64,000 nucleotides of DNA from Malacoraja senta (Eukaryota): assembly GCA_038087875.1 (NCBI GenBank), contig CM075978.1, positions 103,726,001 to 103,790,000 of the forward strand, in the 5' to 3' direction. The position numbers and the translations under genes were made by a program. The stretch's first letter is position 1. Each line of letters starts with the position of its first letter. Positions 14,498 to 27,860 of this stretch are shown in pieces. The notes beneath the pieces were generated by a model that worked only from the letters and a program-made list of their open reading frames with translations, did no database searches and was not told the DNA's origin.

Positions 14498-15150
14498 GTG
14501 AGAAAGTCTTGGACTAGAGGTCATAGCCTCAGAATTGAAGGACGTTCTTCAAGGAAGGAGATGAGGATAAATGTATTTAGTCAGAGGGTGGTTAATCTGT
14601 GGAATTCTTTGCCACAGAAGGCTGTGGAGGCCGTCAGTGGATATTTCTGTAAGGCAGAGATAGATAGATTCTTGATTAATACAGGTGCCAGAGGTTACGG
14701 GGAGAAGGCAGGAGATTGGGGTTAGGAGGGATCAGAGGGTTAATCTTGGAATTCTTTGCCACAGAAGGCTGTGGAGGTTGTCAGTGGATATTTTTGTAAG
14801 GCAGAGACAGATAGATTCTTGATTAATACAGGTGTCAGAGGTTATGGGGAGAAGGCAGGACAATGGGGTTAGGAGGGAGAGCTAGATCAGCCATGATTGA
14901 ATGGCGGAGTAGACTTTATGGGTGGAATGGCTTAATTCTACTCCTATTCCTTATGACATGACTTTATGAATTAACTACTGGTGGTGGGAAGGGAAAAGGC
15001 AGGACAATGGGCTTAGGAGGGAGAGCTAGATCAGCCATGATTGAATGGCGGAGTAGACTTTATGGGTGGGATGGCTTAATTCTACTCCTATTCCTTATGA
15101 CATGACTTTATGAATTAACTACTGGTGGTGGGAAGGGAGAAGGCAGGAGG
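14498..15150 (+). mobile_element. CR1 3' end with two tandem duplications
   Basis: TRGHSLRI..FSQRVVNLWNSLPQKAVEA; 14581-14731 repeated at 14732-14879, and ~14847-14990 repeated at ~14991-15133. Confidence 0.88.
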
Positions 15151-16754
15151 AAAGAAATATGCGGTTAAGTCTGGAACATCTTCATGCCATTATGAGGCAA
15201 AATTAGCCAAGATTCCCTCTTCTGTGTGTTAATGTTGTAGGGTGAACTGGGCACACGGAAACTAGTCGAGAATTGTCTTATTTTAGAAATGATATGTGTC
15301 TTATGGCTCAGGAAGAACAGATAACTGTAGACCTCTGCTCTTCAAAACTCCTTGGGGATTATGCACCTCCAGCCCAGGTTTATTGCAGAGACTGTATTGA
15401 TGAACCCATGATGAGAATCTCCATCATTGGCATGCAACTGTCAAGCTAGTCGAAGGATAACATGATGGGCTGTGGTCCACTCGTCCAACCAATTGAACAG
15501 GCTGTTGGCACTGATTAGCCTGGTTTCTTGATGAAGTCTGGTCACATGGTTTCCAGGCACCACTACACAAAGATACATCTGATTGAGCAGATTTCAGTGG
15601 CTCAACCAAAGGATGCCTCCCTTTTGGCACAGACATTCTGTTATGTCTTATTTTACAGCTTACATTTTATCTTATAACTGTTATACATAGGGACCGGATA
15701 AATATTTGGGATCTTCTCATGACTGGCATCCAATGTATTTGAATAAATTGTTGATTTTAACGGAACAACAATGAACATTGGTGGATCCATTGGCCACTGG
15801 CCCTATTATGTAGGCAAGGGTCAGAGTAAAGGGGAGATGATCGGATTTTGGGGCAATAGGTTACAGGGAAAATTGGAGGGGGAATAGGATTGTTATTTGA
15901 GTTGGCATAGATTTTACAGACCACAATAACCTCCGTCTCTGTCTTAAGGAAATATGATAAAGTGGCAATAAGCAGAATTGTCCAGACTCTGTTTGCCAAG
16001 TAAATTTCAACACTGCCCTGGGCAGCACTGCATCATCTCAACAGTTCACCTGGACCTCTGTCTCATCTTCTGTCTTTTATGCTTCAGGTTGCACATGTTT
16101 ATCTTCTGTTACTTGCATCACAATTTGCCTGTACCCCAGCCCAGGCATCATCCTGTCTGTCTGCTCACAAGCTGTTGGGTACCAACACTGACAGGTGTGA
16201 GCTGGCTGGCTTTTACTGATTGCTTATGAGGAATTGGCCCTCAAATTTCTCCCATTCACTTCTGATGTGGAAGTGAAATCAGTACTGAGAAAATTGGCCT
16301 CACTGCATCCCAGCATAGACAGGAGAAATAAAACAGATGTGTGGAACAGATAGAATGCATCTGCCAGGTTGTTGTTATCACTGAATGCATTGTGTCTCTG
16401 CAGTCAGATTCATCCACAATTAGTGATTGATAGTGTGGATTAATTAGTTTGCAGCCCTGAGTTGTTTTCTCCATGTTAAAAGCTTGGGTAATTTTAACCC
16501 AACTCAGCCATTTGAAGACTGATCATCTGTCAACTATTTGACATTCTGCCTGTTTCTACTTCAGGCACATAGTAGAATGGGTGAGAAATTTTATCCAGTG
16601 AGTTTTCTTTTGCACAGATTAAGTTACTTAATAAAGTTTAGTGTTGTTTGGCAGATAATGATCATGTGTTCCTTTAAGTTCTGATATTATTTGCAGGGAG
16701 ATTTGTTTAAAATCATGCTTCCTTATTGTTTTTTTCTTCTATATTTTACTTCAG

Positions 16755-16898
16755 GAGACCCTGCAAAAGAAAGTGTGTTGCCCCGAGGTGCAAGTAAAAC
16801 CACATTTACAGACCTCGTCCCAGAAGTAGAATACAGTGTTATGTTGGTTGCCTTTGACAGTTCCACTGAGAGTGTCCCAGTCTCTGGAAAGTTCACAA
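16755..16898 (+). CDS. col12a1: Exon 4 equivalent: FN3-1 second half (GDPAKESVLPRG...DLVPEVEYSV...ESVPVSGKFT)
   Basis: ttttacttcAG / GTAAGT; 144 nt; FN3 L-x-P-x-x-x-Y motif. Confidence 0.94.
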
Positions 16899-17261
16899 GT
16901 AAGTAAAGACTACATCTCAAGAGTTGCAAATAAACAAAGACCTTGTCTGCAACTAATGTTCGGTAAAAACCTGACTGATTTACTCATCCTTTGGAGTAAA
17001 AATCTTGTTTTCCTATATAATCCTCTCAGGGTGAATGTACAATAAATACTGTATACCCATTAATTGGCAGACAGGTTCATTTCCTTTCTAACCATTTTAC
17101 TCGTTAAATGGCAGGCAGGTTCTGTTCCTTTATAATCGTTTTACTCATTCCCTGTAAGTGTACTGTTGTACATCCTCTGTAATTAAATAATGGTGGCTGG
17201 ATGATTAAACTAAAAATAGCTATATATGCTGGCTAATGCATTTACTTTTTTTACTTCGTAG

Positions 17262-17318
17262 TTCAGTCAGGTCGCACACCAACAAAACTGCCAGAGAAAA
17301 AAGAAGAGCTTACACAAA
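17262..17318 (+). CDS. col12a1: Exon 5 equivalent: 57-nt linker (IQSGRTPTKLPEKKEELTQ)
   Basis: tttttttacttcgtAG / GTAAGT; phase 1-1; resembles the COL12A1 linker IQTG..TKPVEKK. Confidence 0.88.
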
Positions 17319-18858
17319 GTAAGTGAGATTGTTTAAATATTCTCTGTCTCCTCAGATGTGTCTCCCATTCACTAGCAAATCAAGATAAAGTAAAAACAAT
17401 TTGGATTTATGTAGCACGTTAATATAATAACTTGGAGTGCACCCATCGGAACTGCTGTCCCATACAGTCAGATAGCTGGGTTCATTTCTGAATCTGTGGA
17501 GTTTGCACATTCTCTTCTTTTCTCCAGCGGTGCTGCTTGACTCGCTGAGTTCCTCCAGCATTTTGTGTCTATGTTCCTTCAACCGCATTGGTATTGACTG
17601 GGCACTTCCATTTCCTCAAGCATCCCAAAGACGTACAGGTTGGCAGGTTAATTGATTGCACTAAGTTACCCCTATTCTGTGGGTGATTGGTAGAACTCAA
17701 TGAGAGTTGAAGGGAATGTGGTGACAATAAATTTCAGGGGAAATTAGTGAGTGAACGGGATTTCGTTGTGAGCTGACATAGATATAATGAGAAGAGTGAA
17801 ATATGGAAAACATATGGAACAAGAATAATAATGAAGTCTGAAATAAAGTAATTGCAGAAGGCAATAGGGGAGATGACCAAAGGCTTGTTCAAAGTAGTGG
17901 ATGTTAAGGAAGAGGGATGGGTAGAAAGATGGAGGTTATTGAAGGCATCCAATAGAGAGAGCTGATCATTTTGGCTACTAATGTCAGAGGAAAGTAATTA
18001 TTTCTTTAGGTTATGGGGAGAAGGCAGGAGTATGGGGTGAGGAGGGAGAGATAGATCAGCCATGATTGAATGGCGGAATAGATTTGATGGGCTGAATGAC
18101 CCAATTCTGCTCCTATCACTTATGCAAGAAAACTGAAGATGTGCCAGAATTGGCAAAGTGCCGAGGGGAAGATTTGTAAAGACTGGCAGGCATTTGAAAA
18201 CAAGAGTGACAGTTTTAAAATAGAGTTGCAAGACCAAAACTGTAACAGTTAATAAGCACATCGGTGATGAGTGAATACATTTTGTAGTTTTGGTAATGGT
18301 TTATTATTTGCCACTACCTAGCTCTGCAGTCAAATAATAGTATACATGAATACAGTTGGAACATAGGCAGCAGGTTCATCATTGCCAATTTATAATGAGA
18401 GGCTGGTGAAGACAACATTGGATTATTAAATTGACACTGGCTTTGGTGGGAGTAACAATGTTTCATGCTAGGATGAAGCTGTGTTGTGATCTCTAACACT
18501 CTCATTGAGCTGTACAGCACAGAAATTAGCCATTTGGCCCAACTCATCCATGCAGACCATAAAGCCAGACTACTCTAACCCCATTTGCTGACACTAGGCC
18601 TGTATCCCTTTACTCCTTTCCTATCAAAGTTCATATATAAATACCTTTTAAACAAAGTAAGTGCACCGTCTCTGCCACCTCCTCTGATAGCTCAGTCCAT
18701 ATACCCACCGCTATTTTTACGTGAAAAACCTACCCCTTAGATCTCTTGTAATGTTGCCTGAGGATAAGAAACAGAATCAGGGGGAAGCCATTCAGCTCCA
18801 TACATCTGCTCTTCCATTCAATGATCATGGCTGAATTTTTATCTCACCATCACATTCT

Positions 18859-20318
18859 TGAGGGTAGCTAATGTTATCCCACTTTTTAAGAAAGGCGGGA
18901 GAGAGAAAACATGGAATTATAGACCAGTTAGCCTGACATCGGTGGCGGGGAAGATGCTGGAGTCAATCCTAAAAGATGAAATAGCGGCACATTTGGATAG
19001 CAGTAACAGGATCGGTCCGATTCAGCATGGATTTACGAAGGGGAAATCATGCTTGACTAATCTTCTGGAATTTTTTGAAGATGTAACTAGGAAAATGGAC
19101 AAGGGCGAGCCAGTGGATGTAGTGTACCTGGACTTCCAGAAAGCATTTGATAAGGTCCCACATAAGCAAAATTAGGGCACATGGTATTGGGGGTAGAATA
19201 CTAACATGGATAGAAAATTGGTTGGCAGACAGGAAACAAAGTGTAGGGATTAATGTATCCCTTTCAGAATGGCAGGCAGTGACTAGTGGGGTACCGCAAG
19301 GATCGGTGCTGGAGCCGCAGCTATTTACAATATACATCAATGATTTAGATGAAGGGATTCAAAGTAACATTAGCAAATTTGCAGATGACACAAAGCTGGG
19401 TGGCAGTGTGAACTGTGAGGAGGATGCTATAAGAATGCAGGGTGACTTGGACAGATTGGGGGAGTGGGCAGATGCATTGCAGATGAATAATGTGGATAAA
19501 TGTGAGGATATCCTCTTTATTAGCAAAAACAGGAAAGCAGATTATTATCTAAATGGTGTCAAGTTGGGAAAAGGGGAAGTACAACAGGATCTGGGGGTCC
19601 TTGTTCATCAGTCAATGAAAGTAAGCATGCAGGTACAGCAGGTAGTGAAGAAAGCGAATGGCATGTTGGCCTTCATAACAAGAGATGTTGAGTATAGGAG
19701 CAAAGAGGTCCTTCTGCAGTTGTACAGGGCCATAGTGATACCACACCTGGCGTATTGTGTGCGGTTTTGGTCCCTTAATTTGAGGAAGGACATTCTTGCT
19801 ATTGATGGAGTGCAGCGTAGGTTTACAAGGTTAATTCCTGGGATGGAGGGACTGCCATATGCTGAGAGAATGGAGTGGCTGGGCTTGTATACTCTGGAAT
19901 TTAGAAGGATGAGAGGGGATCTTATTGAAACATATGATTATTAAGGGTTTGGACACTCTAGAGGCAGGAAACATGTTCCCGGTGTTGGGGGAGTCCAGAA
20001 CCAGGGGCCACAGTTTAAGAATAAGGCGGAGGCCATTTAGAACGGAGATGAGGAAACACTTTTTCACACAGAGAGTTATGAATCTGTGGAATTCTCTGCC
20101 TCAGAGGGTGGTGGAGGCCGGTTCTCTGGATACTTTCAAGAGGGAGCTGGATAGGGCTCTTAAAGATAGCGGAGTCAGGGGATATGGGGAGAAGGCAGGA
20201 ACAGGGTACTGATTGGGGATGATCAGCCATGATCAGATTGAATGGCGGTGCTGGCTCAAAGGGATGAATGGCCTACTTCTGCACCTATTGTCTATTGTCA
20301 ATTGTCTATTGTCTATTG
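18859..20318 (+). mobile_element. 5'-truncated CR1-clade (HER1-like) LINE, RT region to 3' tail, frameshifted
   Basis: NYRPVSLTS, QHGF..GKSCLTNL, YLDFQKAFDKVPH, SGVPQGSVL and KFADDTKL motifs across three frames; (CTATTGT)n tail. Confidence 0.95.
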
Positions 20319-20589
20319 ATGTTCTTAAGCATATTCAGTGACTGAGCTTCAGAAGCTCTTGGTTAGTGTATTCCAAGGATTCACCATCATCTGGGTGAAG
20401 AAATGTCTTCTCACCTCAGTTATGAATTAGCAACCCCTTATTCTGAGAATGTGACCCACAAGGAACACTCATCCGAACATTCCTACTGTTCAACCCCATA
20501 CAAATTATTTCCTTCAGCCATGGTCCTTTGGGCAAATCTCCTTTGTGTCTTCCAGTCCCCCTTACCTTGCATTTTGGCTGCATGGTCAT

Positions 20590-20763
20590 AAAGATAGAGT
20601 TAGATAGAGCTCTAGGGGCTAGTGGAGTCAAGGGATATGGGGAGAAGGCAGGCACGGGTTATTGATAGGGGACGATCAGCCATGCTCACAATGAATGGTG
20701 GTGCTGGCTCGAAGGGCCGAATGGCCTCCTCCTGCACCTATTTTCTATGTTTCTATGTTTCTA
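20590..20763 (+). mobile_element. CR1 3' terminus with (TTTCTATG)n tail
   Basis: gggatatggggagaaggcagg...gaagggccgaatggcct...ttctatgtttctatgtttcta. Confidence 0.85.
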
Positions 20764-21175
20764 AAGCAGGGAAACTGGTCCTTCGGTCTATTGAGTCCAG
20801 ACAAACCACTAAGAACCTGTTTGGATTGCAGATGCTAGAATCTGCTGCAACAAACAATCTTGTGGAGAAACGTAGCAAGCCAAACAGCATTGGTAGAGGG
20901 AAAGGAATGGTTTGCATCAGGACCTGCTCCATCAAGCACCGAATTGCCTTTGTTATAGACTATAATTTTATTATGTTCTCACAATCACATCTATGCTGTC
21001 CAGATTCTACCACTCATCTACACACTGGGGGTAATTTACAATGGCCAATTACGTTTTCAGCTACAGAGTTACATCCCCTTATGTATCTACTGTGTGCGTT
21101 TGGTGTGCTGTGGGTGGTTGTTAATCCACATTAATTCTCCCTGTTAATAAACCTTGCCATGGTTTGTCTCTTCAG

Positions 21176-21439
21176 AATGTTCAGCCATGGCTGTGGCCGA
21201 CTTGGTTTTTCTGGTTGATGGATCGTGGAGCGTGGGAAGAGCAAATTTCAGAAAGATCAGGGCATTCATCTACTCCCTTGTATCTGCATTTGAGATCGGA
21301 GATGACAAAACGAGAGTTGGAATTGTCCAGTACAGTTCAGACACAAGAACAGAATTCGACCTGAACCAATACAGCCGGAAGGAGGACCTGCTCAGTGCAA
21401 TTACTACTCTCCCCTACAAAGGGGGAAATACTATGACTG
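21176..21439 (+). CDS. col12a1: Exon 6 equivalent: vWA1 part 1 with MIDAS DGSWS
   Basis: tttgtctcttcAG / GTACAG; 264 nt; [20 protein letters not shown]...PYKGGNTMT. Confidence 0.96.
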
Positions 21440-21834
21440 GTACAGAATATCTTTCCTGTTTTGTTTCCAAACAGTTCACTTGCATTTTACACTGAGATTT
21501 GAAATTTTTTAAATCTATAATGTTATCTCTAGTTGGTAGTCCTCAGCATTAAATGGATTTTGGATTCAGGCTACTGATGCCGCCATACTGTGTGTTCAGT
21601 GCCATAGACAGGGTATGTTCAAGGCGAAGTTCCAGAAGCACTTTGAGAATGTAATAGATGCCTGAAGTGGGTTAGAAACTAGAATCTAAATGTGCGGTTT
21701 AGATGATTGATATTCAGAAAAATGCTTAAGAAGGAATGTGTCATGGGCTGGGATCAAATATATATATATATATATATGGTTTTGTCTTTGCTTCAATTGG
21801 TTGGAATTGAAATTGGTTTCTTTTGTTTCTGAAG

Positions 21835-21999
21835 GTGAAGCCATGGATTACCTGGTAAAGAACACCTTCAATGAGGGTGCTGGAGCAAGGAAATCCTATC
21901 CTAAGATAGCGGTAATCATCACTGATGGGAAATCGCAGGACCCAGTGACAGAAAGTGCTGAAGCCCTTCGCAGCAGCGGTGTTGAAGTATTTGTTTTGG
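21835..21999 (+). CDS. col12a1: Exon 7 equivalent: vWA1 part 2 (GEAMDYL...IITDGKSQD...VEVFVL)
   Basis: ttttgtttctgaAG / GTAGGT; 165 nt; TDG motif. Confidence 0.96.
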
Positions 22000-23021
22000 G
22001 TAGGTTATTTTCATCTATTCTTTCTTATTTAACAAAAAATGCACATACTTATCATTCTTCCTACATTGTCTAAACCTTGGAAATCCCTAATTAGTAGAGT
22101 GGGAGCAGCTTCAGTAGCTCAAGAAGGTAATCTCAAGGACAATTGGGCTCAGGAAATAAATGCAGTCTTCGGAAACAATGCCAACACCCTCTGAAGGAAG
22201 AAAGCAGAACCTTCATTGTTTATGGAAGGGTAAGAATGACCCATCCAGTCTGAAGAGCCTAGTTCCCCCACAGACTCAAACCAAGATAGACTCGGTGTCC
22301 TGTGGAAAAATTCGGCAATGTACTTCGCACTGCTGGCCAAAATAAACAAACCAAAATATATATCAATCCCACATCCTAACTTATACATCCAGGGCTGTTG
22401 CTTTCATTGGCAGCGACCTATAAAATCCAAATCTATGTAAGATTTATATACTTCTCCAACATCTGGGGAGAACCTTTGGCATGCCTTTCTCTTGCACATC
22501 TGGTCAGAATATAGATTAATGATATTTCTCTTCTTTAAAACCTTCTTTTCATCTGCAGTCTCAAACATCTCCCTCTCTGCTGTAGGAAACATTGTCCTCA
22601 TGGTATTATCCTGTTTATTCCAGTTCCAGGCAAAAAAAATCTTCATACTTTGGATTTCTGCTATTTTCAATGCTACTTGTTCTTTCCCAGAAGTACAATG
22701 CAGCAGAATGCTAAACTCCCTTTATTTCACATTGACACAGTTTACAAATTGGCTGCAATGCTGCCATATGTTACACCATTGTCTACATTTCAACAGCTAA
22801 TAAACATTTTTATGTATCCTGTGGTGATACCACAGCAATCTGTCTACCATTCCTCTTTACACAAGTCTGACAGCATCTTATGACCTTTCATAGATTACCT
22901 TATTTTTGGTTCCTCTGAAGGCTAAAGAAATTTGGCATATCCCCAATGACTCTGGTCAATTTCTGCAGATGTACCATAGAAAGCATTCTATCTGGATGCA
23001 ACACAGTTTGGTATGGTAACT

Positions 23022-23240
23022 GTGTAGGAAGGAATTGCAGATGCTGGTTTACACTGAAGATAGACGCAAAAAGCTGGAAAAACTCAACGGTTCAGGCAGA
23101 ATCTCTGGTGAAAAGGAATAGGTGACATTTCGGTTCAAGACCCTTCAGACTATAAAAGGATCTCAACCTGAAAAGTCACCTATTTTCTCTGGACCTGCTG
23201 CCTAAACTGTTGAGTTACTCCAACTTATTGTGTCTATCTT
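23022..23240. mobile_element. Inverted pair of Penelope terminal-repeat fragments
   Basis: aagatagacgcaaaaagctgg...aataggtgacatttc mirrored by gaaaagtcacctatt...ttgtgtctatctt. Confidence 0.75.
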
Positions 23241-23439
23241 TGATAAGTTAACTATTCTGCCTAAAACCATAAGAAGTTGCAGATTTCTGAATGCATCCAA
23301 GTACATAACTTAACCCCCCCCCTCTCCCCCCCCACCCCAACTTTACTCTATGTGCACTTAATTCTGTCTTGGATCAGCAGCCAACGTAATCAAAGACCAC
23401 TCACACCCCCGTCAATCTCTCTTCTATCTCTCTTCTCAT

Positions 23440-23940
23440 ACAAGTTCACAAGTTACAGGAGTAGAATTAAGCCATTGGGCCCATCAAGTCTACTCTGCCA
23501 ATCAATCATGGCTGATCTCTGCCTCCTAATCCAATTTTCCTGCCTTCTCCCCATAACTCTTGACCTGTTCTAATCAAGAATTTGTCTATCTCTGCCTTAA
23601 AAATATCCACTGACCTGGAGCCCTCTGTGACAGATTAACCTCCCTCTGATTAAAGAAGTTCCTCCTCGCCTCCTTTCCAAAATAGCGCCATTTAATTCTG
23701 AGGCTATGACCTCTGGTCCTAGACTCTCCCGCCAGTGGAAACATGCACTCTATCTATGTCTTTTATTATTCTGTAATTTTCAATAAGGTCCCCCCTCAAC
23801 CTTCTAAATTCCAGCGAGCAGAGGCCCAGTGCTGTCAAGCGCTCATCATATGCTAACTCGCTCATTCCTGAAATCATTCTTATAAGCCTCCTCTGGACCC
23901 ACTCCAGAACCAGCACATCCTTCCTCAGATATGGGACCCA
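23440..23940 (-). mobile_element. CR1 3' fragment
   Basis: ORF 23719-23964 PYLRKDVLVLEWVQRR..LEFRRLRGDLIE; CR1 tail at the left. Confidence 0.88.
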
Positions 23941-24464
23941 TGCTTGATGCATGCTTGAAAGCATAATTTACCAGACTGAAGAACAGCTTTTTAACCCTCT
24001 ATTATCAAACTGCTAAACAGATCTCGGATAGGCTAGGAATTATTTATTGATCTCCAAATGTACCTTGTAGTGACCCATCCAGCTTTTTTAACTGCGCTCT
24101 CTGTTGATGTTGCACTATATTAAACACTGTTTAATTTTCTTTGCACAACCCATTGTACTCATGTGTGCATGATATGCAGGATTACATACAAAACAAAGTT
24201 TAACCGTATCTTGGAAAACATGATAATAATAAACCAATACCAAAACCAATAAATCCTTCTGAATTTGTTTTAAAATAATTTGACCATGAAACCAGATAAT
24301 AAACTAATTTGTATACTTCAAGAATTAATGAGAGCACATCTACCTCATCTAGTTATGGTTTCTGCTATAAATTTCACACAGCGCATTCCTCCACAATGTT
24401 TGAAAATAAAGAAATAAGTTTCTCTTATAATCAATTTGAATGTAGTTTGATTTTCTTTTCTTAG

Positions 24465-24638
24465 GTATAAAGGGAGCAGAGTTGGATGAATTGCAGTTAA
24501 TTGGCTCCGCTCCTTTCAAGAAGCATGTATTCAAAGTGGCAGATTTTAACCAGATTGAAAATGTGCAGATTGAGATAATTAGCCTGGTATGCTCCGGTGT
24601 TGAGGAACAACTTGGTGAAATTGTGAGTGGTGAAGAAG
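24465..24638 (+). CDS. col12a1: Exon 8 equivalent: vWA1 part 3 ([15 protein letters not shown]...[16 protein letters not shown])
   Basis: ttttcttttcttAG / GTAAGA; 174 nt. Confidence 0.96.
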
Positions 24639-25239
24639 GTAAGAATTTTTACCAGGATCCTGGTTGTTCTTCTCATCTACATCTTTTCACGCACTATTAA
24701 TTGACCCTTGCCGATTCTTTGGTAGTTGTTTTACTGAGAATTTCCTTGGTCGGGAGCTAGTTGGGTGCTGGTGGGTTGTTCAATAGGAGAAGGCAGAGAG
24801 GAAATTTGATAGCAGTGTACAAGATCATGGGAGGGTTCTGAAAACATGTTCCCATTGAAGAGGGTTTAAGGAGTGGGACCCATTGGTTTAAAATTATGGT
24901 CTAAGATCAAGGCTGGATGTGACGTAATTTAGAATACACAGAAAAAGGTGATGATCTGGAACTCGCTGCCTGTAAAGGTGGTGGATACAGATTCATTCAA
25001 GGATTTCAACAAGTAACTGGATGGGAAAATAAGAGAAACATGTTGAAGTGATACTGGAAAACCGTTGAATAGATTGCTTTACTCGGGGATTGGGGAAGGA
25101 CTGACGAGTTTTCTTGTCCTGTAAATTTTCTCTGAATTCTATAAATTTATGGAATTACTAAAAATGATGGTGAATCATGTTACTTTGGCAATTATACCAA
25201 TAGCACCATGGTAGAAGGTCTGTGACATTCAAGGGGGTT

Positions 25240-25565
25240 TGGCCATTATATCCTCTTCTCCCCTCTCGTGTTGGGCAGAAATGCAAAAGTTTGAAAGCAT
25301 GTGTCACCTGCTTCAGGACAGCTTCTTCCCCATTGTTAACAGACTTTTGAACGGTCCTCTCTAAAGACATGATCCCCTAAACTACCTCATAGCAGCCCGT
25401 GCACTTTTTCATAATACTGTAACACTATATTCTGCACTATAATTTTCTCCTTCACTACAAGTACTTGTGTATAGCTTCAGTGTTCTCATGTATAGTATAA
25501 TTTGATTGGAAAACACACAAACAAAACCTTTCATTGTACAAAAATAAACCAAACCAATACCAATG
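25240..25565 (+). mobile_element. Rex1/Babar 3' end fragment
   Basis: Degenerate LFSPL..GR...FRDSFFP.V.RLLNG; 3'UTR similar to 24000-24255. Confidence 0.65.
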
Positions 25566-26328
25566 TATATAACACACTTTTAATTCTTAATCATTTGGAG
25601 CCCAGTGGTTTGAATGTCCAACTCTGGTCACCACAATTCCTGAAATAAAAATAGCAAATACTGGGAGCACTTAAGGATTATGTCCCATCTACGGAAGGAG
25701 ATAATGTTTCAGTTCTCAGATCTTTTGTCAGTTCATGCCAGTTTCCCACATTCCATGATGTTGCAGCATTCCAAAAGGTCATGATCCGGATGCCCTCCTC
25801 CAGCTGGCAGGACTCTCATTAATTTCAGTACTCTGCACAGCATGTGGTACCTTAATGCCATGAGTACAATAATCACAGGCAACCCAAGCCAAGATCAATG
25901 CAAGATTTCTACATTTGCCCACTGAAAGGTGATTAGAAAGGACAAGGAGCTGATGAGATACCCATTTCGATAACCCTTTCAAAGGTCATAGCCGATGTGA
26001 GCAAGTTGAGGTTTAGTTTAAGGGAAGGTTGAATAAATATAATGAAAAGAAAATAGAACGTTTTATTTTGATAGGATTTTCCAAAGAGGATTTCAGGAGC
26101 TTCATGTACAACATTATTAACAAAGTGTTTAAGTGTTATTAACAAAGTGCTGGAGGAACTCAGCAGGTCAGGCAGCATTACTGGCTGAACTGGAATCGTG
26201 CCATTTCACCTTGAGACCCTTCTTCAGACTGACAATTCTTCAAATTGATGTAATAGATAAATAATGTTATCAAAAATGATTTGATGAAAAGGGCCAATCA
26301 AAGCCTTTTCTTGTTCCCCAAACTGCAG

Positions 26329-26619
26329 TGGTTGAACCTCCTTCCAACATGCAGGTCTTGGAGATTGCATCCAATTACATGAGGATCATTTGGGATTCAT
26401 CACCTGGACGGATCACCGGCTACAGAATTCATCTGATTCCCATGGCAGCGGGCAACAAAGAGCACATCCTCAATGTTGATGCCAACACCAGGACTGTGAT
26501 TGCCAAAGACCTCAATCCAGACACTGAGTACCAGATTAATTTGTACGCCATGAGAGGGCTGGCATCCAGTGATCCAATAACACTCATGGACAAGACACAT
26601 CCTTATGAGGTTACAGTTG
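26329..26619 (+). CDS. col12a1: Exon 9 equivalent: FN3-2
   Basis: ccccaaactgcAG / GTAAGT; 291 nt; VVEPPSN...W...GYRI...LNPDTEYQINL. Confidence 0.96.
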
Positions 26620-27647
26620 GTAAGTTGGTATCCATGCTGTGCAGGTTTCAATATGTGCGAATGATGCACACATTCGAGCAGGTTGTGTAATTTTCAAAAT
26701 GACACAAGCGGTGCACAAATACAGAACAAAACGATCAAATGACGGGCAACATTTGAAGAGTGTCACGGTGTCGTCTTGAAAATCAGGAGGGACAAATAAC
26801 TTTGTTATTGTGCGTCTGAGACTCTTTTGCCCTATTGTCAAAATTTTTTTTAGCACAATTTTCTATAAGGTGCTCTAGCAGCAACACCTGTGATTGTCAC
26901 AGAGGGAGTGAAATGAAGATTCCCCAGTCTGTTTCTAGGGATGGAAGGTTTGTCGTATGTGGAGAGTCTGAGAAGACTGGAATGATACTGTCTATAGTTT
27001 CAAAAAAAGAGGGGAGATATCATCAACACTACAAAATTCTTTAAGTGTTTAACAGGCTGGATGCATGGAGCTTGTTTCCCTGACTTAAGAGTCTGGGACC
27101 AGTGCCACAGTTTCTGAAATGGAAAAGGCCATTTAGAAGGGAGGAACACATTTTTAATCAGATGGTGGTGAACCTTTCGAGCTCTCCAAACCATAAGCTG
27201 TGGAGGCTCAGACACTGAGTGTGTTCAAGATGGATGTGTTTCAGATGGATGGATTTCAGAAATTAAGGGAAGCAAGGGATATGTAGGAAAATAGCACTGA
27301 AGTACAAGATCCACCATGACAATGAATCGGTGGATCGGGCACAAGGAGGCCAATAGTAATTTCTGCTACAATTTCTTATGTCCAATATTGATCCGCTCTA
27401 AAATGTATGGAAATGTTAAGCAGAAAATGTTGCGCTAGCTCATCTACAGTAGATTGGTCAATATCTGGTTTGAAACTAATGGAATGGTATTTCAAATATA
27501 CCTGGAGAGAGTTCTGCAATTGATCTACTAACGATCAAAGAGAATCAAAAGGGTCACATACATTTGTATTATCCCACACAAATTAAACAGTCATAGAGCT
27601 ATACAACATGGAAGCAGGCATTCAGTCCAACTTGACTATTGCAATGT

Positions 27648-27860
27648 ACAAAAAAATGCTGGAGAAACTCAGCGGGTGCAGCAGCATCTATGGAGCGAAG
27701 GAAATAGGCAACGTTTCGGGCCGAAACCCTTCTTCAGACTGATAGGGGGTGGGGGGGGGGGGGGGGGTGGGTGGGCGGGGAGGAAAAAGGAAAAAGAAGA
27801 AAGGAGGAGGAGGAGCCCGAGGGCTGAGGGAGGGATAGAAAGGGGAGGAGACAGCAGGGG
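27648..27860 (-). mobile_element. Penelope terminal-repeat fragment with hammerhead core and G/purine-rich tract
   Basis: Reverse strand CTGAAGAAGGGTTTCGGCCCGAAACGTT; flanked by a 16-bp direct repeat TTGACTATTGCAATGT. Confidence 0.8.

Larger units (their letters stand above)
22915..24255 (+). mobile_element. Rex1/Babar-type LINE 3' portion, interrupted by Penelope (~23022-23240) and CR1 (~23440-23940) insertions
   Basis: RLKKFGISPMTLVNFCRCTIESILSGCNTVWYGNC at ~22918-23022; AANVIKDHSHP at ~23378; TRLKNSF...KLLN at ~23970-24020; aataaaccaatacca tail. Confidence 0.8.

Noticed and set aside
14581-15150. CRISPR-like or satellite array
   Set aside because: Only two copies per unit, LINE-derived, eukaryotic context, no spacers.
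18858-20212. Possible active reverse transcriptase gene
   Set aside because: 5'-truncated, lacks the endonuclease, and has frameshifting deletions near 19165 and 19935.
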